The notes under the pieces are model-generated. The model saw only the letters and a list, made by a program, of their open reading frames with translations. It was not told where the DNA came from and made no database searches. From the NCBI RefSeq assembly GCF_000150275.1, contig NW_002060962.1, positions 923,205 to 987,204 on the forward strand: DNA of 64,000 nucleotides, in the 5' to 3' direction. This DNA comes from Trichoplax adhaerens (taxonomy: Eukaryota > Animalia > Placozoa). A program made the translations under genes and the position numbers. Below, piece after piece: positions 51,301-64,000 of this stretch (position 1 is the stretch's first letter; the number at the start of each line of letters is the position of its first letter).

Positions 51301-53004
51301 CAAAATATTCAAGATCAGTAAGCAGAAGCGTAATAGTATTACGCAAATTACTAAATCATTCATCTGCCTTAACTAGGATCGACTCTCCTAGTAAATTAAT
51401 AAAATTTTAGGTATCTTCCATCGGAATACACCAAAATATAGCCATTCCGCCATGTAAGAAATTTATTCAAGGAATACGAGCAGTGATAATCGCCATACTT
51501 GATCAAATGCTACGGTACTGTATACTTGCTAGGAACTACTATGATTGCTACTCTCAACTGACAATTGTAATTCATATCAAGTCACGCTTATTAAAGTGTG
51601 GAATTACATTCAGATCAGAATTTAGGTTCACTAACAACATGACAGAAATTTACTCCGCATCATTACGTTATTTCAAGGTCAGTATAAAATACAACATAGT
51701 TATGACAACAACTTGTCGAAAATTTGAAGGAGATAATTCAAATTTTTTAATACCATTGGTTGATGGAGCACACGATATTGACTTGATTGTACTGAGAGAA
51801 TAGTTTAGATCAGATTATTATTTATGATGAGGTTGTTTATTCGCTCTTTATAATTATAATCATGTGAAGGTAAGTTTGTAAAAGTACTGGTTTACTAATT
51901 TGAATATAGCGTATTGATATAGTACAAACGTATGCTCTATGACGGATAGATTTTAGAATTCTGCAATATTGGGTCTGAATCTTAAAAGCAAATAAAAAGT
52001 TAATTTATTTACGAGCAAGTGAGCCTACAGTCAGATTATATTCACGGAAATGCCTATTAAGTTACTAAACTATGTAATAACTGTATTAAGAACCGAAGCC
52101 CATAAAGAATCAAACTTATTTGGTTATCGGATAAGATGATAAGCAGTAAATATTGTAAAGCAATAATTATAATATCGTTGGAATGATGTTGTGCAATATA
52201 ATGTCAAATCTGTCATACGATTTTCATGAACGAAAATTAGGATTAACTACTGGTAGTAAAATATTAGACTACAAAAAATTAATTTTAATTTTCTGAACTG
52301 AATCTCTTGCGGTTGAACGTCTTACTAAAGCACAATAAAGAATTATGGCTACATCAGAATGGTTGGGATACATTTTTTAGTGTTTCGTAGGAATACGTAC
52401 TCGTACACTCGTAGATAGACGTTTGCCCAAATTGGTAATAAAAGACCAAGTAACAAAATATAATGAATGTACATTTTACAATCATGATAATGTTAGTGAA
52501 ATAGCATTTTTGTAGATACGAGATGAGAATATCAGGTAGATGGTGATAAAATTCAGTTATATTGTAGCAGCTCTAATGAGTTTCAATAACTGGGCATTTA
52601 TGATAAACTTTCTGTGGAATTTTAAAAGAATGCAGAAAAGAAATTCTAAATTTAACTAATCTATTCGTCTTAAATATCAATAAAAATATATTAGATATCT
52701 TACCTATAGTTGTTACTACAGTTGTTGAAAAGAAGAGCGCTTGTGTAAAATTCCATTTTCGATCCATTTTGCCAATATAAGGATTACTCCTTATCGTTGT
52801 CACCAGGTAAGCAAACTCTTCGTCGCTTAAATTAAACTGTTGTTGTAGCTCCTGCGTAAAGACTTTAGTTTTATTGATATTCTCTTCCTCATCCTTAGAT
52901 TCAATTGCATGAAATATAGCTGATCCACCTAATAAATAAGCTACAAATATGGCTAAGAGGATCAAGGTTCGTAGATATTGACGCTTTACAGAAACCACCA
53001 TCAT
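45324..53004 (-). CDS. Two-pore-domain K+ channel, TASK-like (KCNK3/9 subfamily)
   Basis: Exon 53004-52704 joins exon 46192-45324 across a 6.5 kb intron to rebuild TTIGYG. Second pore is STIGFGDYVALQK. N-terminus KRQYLRTL resembles TASK KRQNVRTL. Confidence 0.88.
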
Positions 53005-56000
53005 CTTGATCGTTAGAATCGAAGTATAGCGAAGCTTCAATTCAGAACCGAGGCTTTAATATAACTTTCGATACAACCAGCGATAATATTTAGATATTTA
53101 AATTGAATACGCTGCAAAGAAATGTGAACGAAGACACTACTGTTTGTATTTAAAGGTTGTTTTTTTAGGATATGCTTTAGAGTGAAAGAGCCAAACAATC
53201 AGTATTAGTGGAATGCAATTCTCAACTTATTATATTGGAACAAAATACTTTTCGTTGTCGTCAAGAAAATAATGGTATACAGAATAAAAAGCAGGAAAGA
53301 CTCGCAGATAGGGCAATATTGAGGTTATTATTGAATATTATTTGCTTGTTGAGATGTGCAAAATGAATACAGTTGACGAGTGTGGTGTAATGAGTTCTAC
53401 TCGTGCGGGCACCGCTAAAAGGGAAACAAAATTACTATTATATGTTGTTACGGATGGAGTTAATTAGTAATTTTAGTTATTAGAGTTGATTATCCAAAAT
53501 AGTTACAGTAATTTTTACAACAGTAGTAAATAACAAATAAGAGAAATAAGATTCATAAAGTGAGACACATAGTAAATGATAATGATGTACTTTGCAATAC
53601 CAAGTCGTAAGTTTTACACTGGAAATTTGTTACTTTTAGTTATGTGATAATAAAGATGTTGCGTAGTTTTCCAAAGATAAGCCTCAATTTTTATTACTAA
53701 TGGAAGTTTTCGGTACTGTAGTTGTTCTTGTTGAGAGTTTTTTTTGTATCGTTTTGATATACACGTACAATATTATTCAGATTGATTCGTTGATAATTAA
53801 TATGTTCTCTGGTGTCGATGACGTAGAAAGGATTTTGAAGAGTTTTGGATGAGCAGTTGGTTAGAATTGATCTATTAAAAGGTATAACATGCTTACTGAA
53901 ATAGAAATTATGGAGCAAAAAAAATATTAATAAAAAGTAATAACGAGTAAATAGCAAGAAATTAGTTGGATCATCAATTAAATGAAATGAATAAATGATT
54001 ACTGCTTTTGGCAAAATATGAAAAGATAGAAATTAAAAGAGATCAAGAAGTATTATTACTACAATAATTAGTCTGTAAGACTTTATGTTCATAATAATTG
54101 AAATTGATTAATAATTGGATAGAGAAGATCAGAAATCAATGAATTGTAATACTAGAATGGTCGCAAATTTCAAAATAGTCTTGTAAAAGATAGAATAAGA
54201 TATCAATAAGTTATATAGAAAATGTACTAGGTTGGATTCTTTATAACATGTGTATTTTTTTCTTTGAATTTGCCTATATAAAAGATATCTATAGCTAGAA
54301 TGAGTTCTTTGACAATAATAAGGTAGCAGTCCATTAAGAAGGGATTTAAAATTTCAATTCTATGTTTATGTTATGGTTATTTTCTAGTTGAGAATTTTTT
54401 TATGATTGGTAAAATACTTCTGCAGTTCAACTAGACGAAAATAGTTACCTTTTGCAAAGAGCGATCTATAATCTTTTCCTTAGTTGTAAATCCCTCTTGC
54501 TTGCCTCTCCAATGGAATTTTTGTTAGTCAATGACGCTCTTGACCTGTGTACGCGTAGATTAACTATCCGTTGCGTTGATATTTTATCATTTATTCCTTC
54601 TCCCTAATTCAACCTTTTGAATAATGTTTAATATGAAGTAGAGAATAAAAATAGTAAAACAAACAAATTGATAATAACGATTTATACTATGGAAAACAAA
54701 ATAAGAGAAATCAATAAAATTGTGGGAAAATTTATTCTTTCAATGAAAAAAAAATTACAAGCAATGAAAAGCTCGTTATTTATTTAAATTTTCTTTCATT
54801 TTTCATTCTACAGTAGTTATTGTACCGTCTACAAGGTATTACTTTTCTACTACTATTCCTCTCGTATTCTTGTTGCTCGTTGAAATGATTGCTAGCATCC
54901 ATTTGAGCAAGTCATAAAAGGTCACCAAAAGCTTTGAAAAAAATAAAAAATAAAATTTACAATGACAGCCACTAAGTCAATAATTAGTTTAATGTTTCAA
55001 TTTAGTATTTAGGATCACGTCAACAACTCCTATTAACCTTCTCCTATGCTTGGATCAACTGACTTATTATTATGGATGATACAGGCTAATATACGGAAGG
55101 TTAATTTACTAGTCCTAGCTTGAATGCAGTTGACAAGCGACAACTCACTCCACTTGACTCTTGATGGAGTCACATACAAACGCTTCATATGCTATGATGA
55201 CGTCAAGGATGACTTAAGGTTATGTCTCTTTGCTATGGCAATACTACAGCCCACTCGTTGTGATTGACACTAGCTATTCATGCCAATGAAAATGGCAATT
55301 CTAATTTTATAATCATTATCCATTGAAATAATATTCGACGATATCAATTTGCAATAATTTAATATTCAAAATTGTAAAAACTTCTTTGAAAGTTTGCAAT
55401 TGAAAGTCAAAATTTTTCTTTCCATGCTTGACATAGCTCAAAAATCGTTGGAGACAAGTGTTTGAATGTTTAGTATTTGAGAAAAAATGACCTCGGCACG
55501 CTTTACCCGCTTGATTGATGGTAAGCGGTAGACGTGATAGCCTAAACAGCCTCTTTTTCAACTCTATTTAATGATTTAGCCACACTAAGGATAAATCATA
55601 TTGATACTCATAATAATTATATTTCTCCTTTATACACTTTCAACGATAGGCTGCTTAGAATAAAGACAGTATATCGCATCATTGAGGACTTAAAATAGTT
55701 ATTCTTCAGAGAAATGAAAAAAATGATCTACTGTCAATATTTAATTCCAAGAATGTTCAGTCAAAAAATTGAAAATGAAAAAAAAATTCAACCTTAGAAG
55801 AGTTCTTGATAGAATGATCATTTTCTTTTCAATTAATAATTTCTCAACCTTTCTATATTTATCTTGGATTTGAAAAGTTGTTATAGAATTCCAAGAGACA
55901 GAAATAGGAGGATAAGTTTGTTTACATTTTATCTTATATCGACTTAAAAGGCAAACAGTTGGTTTAATAACTAATTTTGACTTGACTGCGTAAAAACAAT

Positions 56001-58422
56001 TCATAAATCATATAATGATGATTGTGCTATCTACTGGATGTCTCTAATTATTTTTCCGGCAGTTTTTTTTCATGCTATCAAATAATAATTAAGCAGCACC
56101 TAATATCGAGCCTAATAACAGCCCAAGTTTCATTAATGGTTTAGCAATGAAAGATCGAATCGTCCATCAACAGATTTTATTTTTTTGGTCATTTTCATAC
56201 AATTGATAATATTCTCATTAATTGATTAAATCTAGGAAGCAAGTCTATTCAACTACATTACCTATGGAGATGCTTCTAATGAAAGCTTAGCTTAGTCAAC
56301 GATTCCAGTAATATTATTAATGATCATAAATTATTAGCTGAAATGATATAGAATACGCTGAAGCTGAATTCTAAAGCTCTTTTGTATGTGGCATAATTTC
56401 ACAGTTGTCTTCTATACCTGGCCTATTATTTTAAATGTTGTAACTTAATGCATTGTATTCGATAATCTTGAAGGGCGGCATACGAAGGGTAAGCTATTCA
56501 ATATTTATGAAACGATTGATCAATAATTAATTTCTGCTTACTAATCTTTATCTTGAAATAATGCAATTCTACTTTCTGATTTCACATTTTGAAGGTGAAT
56601 AAGCCAATTGAACGTTTAGTACGCTACATTGAATATCAATTCATATCTAATGTCGATAATTAATTTAATCCATATTAGCTGATCAAATAAATATTGTATT
56701 GAAGAACCTTTATACTATTTACCGTAAATTATAGTAAAGCTCTAAATAAATCTAATGTAAGCGAATGTGACAATTCCAATAAACACATGAGCTCAATCAT
56801 TCAATTTATAAACTACCGTTAAGATGGCAGATTTATAATATTTTTACAATTTTACAATTATTCAACAAAGAATATTCTAGCCATTTTCGTTTTGAGTATG
56901 ACGTAAAAAGGCAATGTAGAATTTTAGACATGATAATATGATGCATATACAATAGGTTACGATAGAATGATGTTAAAAGACTCATTTATTACTTATTAAT
57001 TAGAATAAGTTTGACATTAGTATAATACCTAATAAATAACTGGTTATTTTTACTTTTGTAAAGTGCTAATGCTAAAATCTATTTTCTATAACGTTATATA
57101 TCAGGATCGCGGAAAGCGTTACTCATTCTATTAAAAAGTTGATTGGCAAGATAAAAGAAGGAACAATAGGGGACGAGGTCCTTTGCCGTGACCAAATCGT
57201 TTTCGAAACAAGATACAGTATCAATTTGTTGGCATATTTTCCCGTAATTTGTCCATAGCAAATAACTAATTAGCAGTATACTTTCCAACGATTGACTAGC
57301 AGCCCTGGATGTAAAATTGTCATCAGGCTGCTTGATATCGGTTGTTTGAACAGGTTACTAGTGCTCGTATATCTTACCCTTGATCGCTGGATCAATAATT
57401 TAATAAGTTTTACAGTGAAAACTTTATAATGGATATTATATTATGCGTAGTAAAATATAGCTTGAGACAATGATTGCTGCTCATCATCAACTATAGATTT
57501 GATATAATCAGACGCCAATTACATTGATGAGTTAGCCAGACATTTTAATTAGCAGTCATTAACGCAATATATCCGGTCAAATCTTGATAAACAACTCCGT
57601 CTGGTTTTGTCAAGTCTTGAATGGATTATAATAATTAAGCCTTCATAATCTACTAGGATACAATGTCATTCGAAACTAATTAAAAATTATTGCTAATCGT
57701 CAGTGACTGCCCAGTACTTGAAATAACCATTTCCTTATCTGAAGTAAATTTAAGAAGGTAACATGTAAGCTTCCCCGTATCTAAGCAGTGCTTATGATAA
57801 CTATTTCCCGATCTAAAGTAAATTTAAGGAGATATCACTGAAGCTTCTCCATCGATACTTTTTCGAGGTCAGGCCTTTTGGCTTCTTCGCCAGCATATCA
57901 CACTTGCAATTTTACTCTTAATGAGAAAGTTTGTGAAATTATAAATTAAGCAGTACATACAACGGAATCAAGATCAGATGATGTAATTTATTCTTTGTCA
58001 AAAACTTAAAAAATAAGCCAATAAGATGGTTAAGTGGATTTAAAAGATCATGAATGACTATATTTAGCTCTTATTTAGTTTGAGGGTTTAATTATGCTAT
58101 ACAATATAGTATTTATTCTTGATATCATTAATACGATACGCTAACTGCCATGATGAAATAAGTCAATATTGATAATTAGTAGCTAATGGATGAGAAACAA
58201 ATTGATAGAGCACAAACCTTAACAACGACACTAAATATAAACACCAGTGTACGCTAGATACTAATGATAATTTTAATGCCACATACTTAACTATACAGTA
58301 GATAGGTACTGTATCTTGTAACTTAACTACGTACGTATATATATACGTAATGAAATATTAAATATTTGATACAGTATTATAATTACAAGTAAAGGTACGG
58401 ACTCATTTCAATTGCCTTTTTC

Positions 58423-64000
<5,578 letters not shown>

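Noticed and set aside
57730-57852. Degenerate ~50 bp direct duplication (aagtaaatttaag...aagcttc)
   Set aside because: It is real but short and diverged, with no evidence of function.

Overview
This is AT-rich eukaryotic (animal) genomic DNA with short GT-AG introns and one assembly gap (13201-13250). The gene content and compactness suggest an early-branching metazoan, most likely a placozoan such as Trichoplax; that assignment is inference. By hand-splicing I reconstructed 12 protein-coding genes: an FMO (3' end outside window), an MS4A/CD20-like four-pass protein, an ADP-ribosylglycohydrolase/J1-crystallin-like protein (5' end lost in the gap), an atypical Rab20-like GTPase, a head-to-head pair of intronless PM20D1-like M20 hydrolases, a myristoylated PTB-only protein, PDCL3, an ankyrin-type glutaminase, an intronless class C GPCR, a TASK-like K2P channel, and PRPF6 (5' end outside window). 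Repeats include a ~700 bp element present twice, each copy between divergent genes; a self-complementary TGTACA satellite; a ~110/165 bp intron-like minisatellite; and a foldback MITE. The most notable observation is a glutaminase immediately followed by a class C GPCR that keeps both basic distal-pocket residues of mGluRs, then a TASK-like channel. This may be a glutamate synthesis/sensing/excitability neighbourhood in an animal probably lacking neurons. All family assignments come from motif recognition, not database searches.
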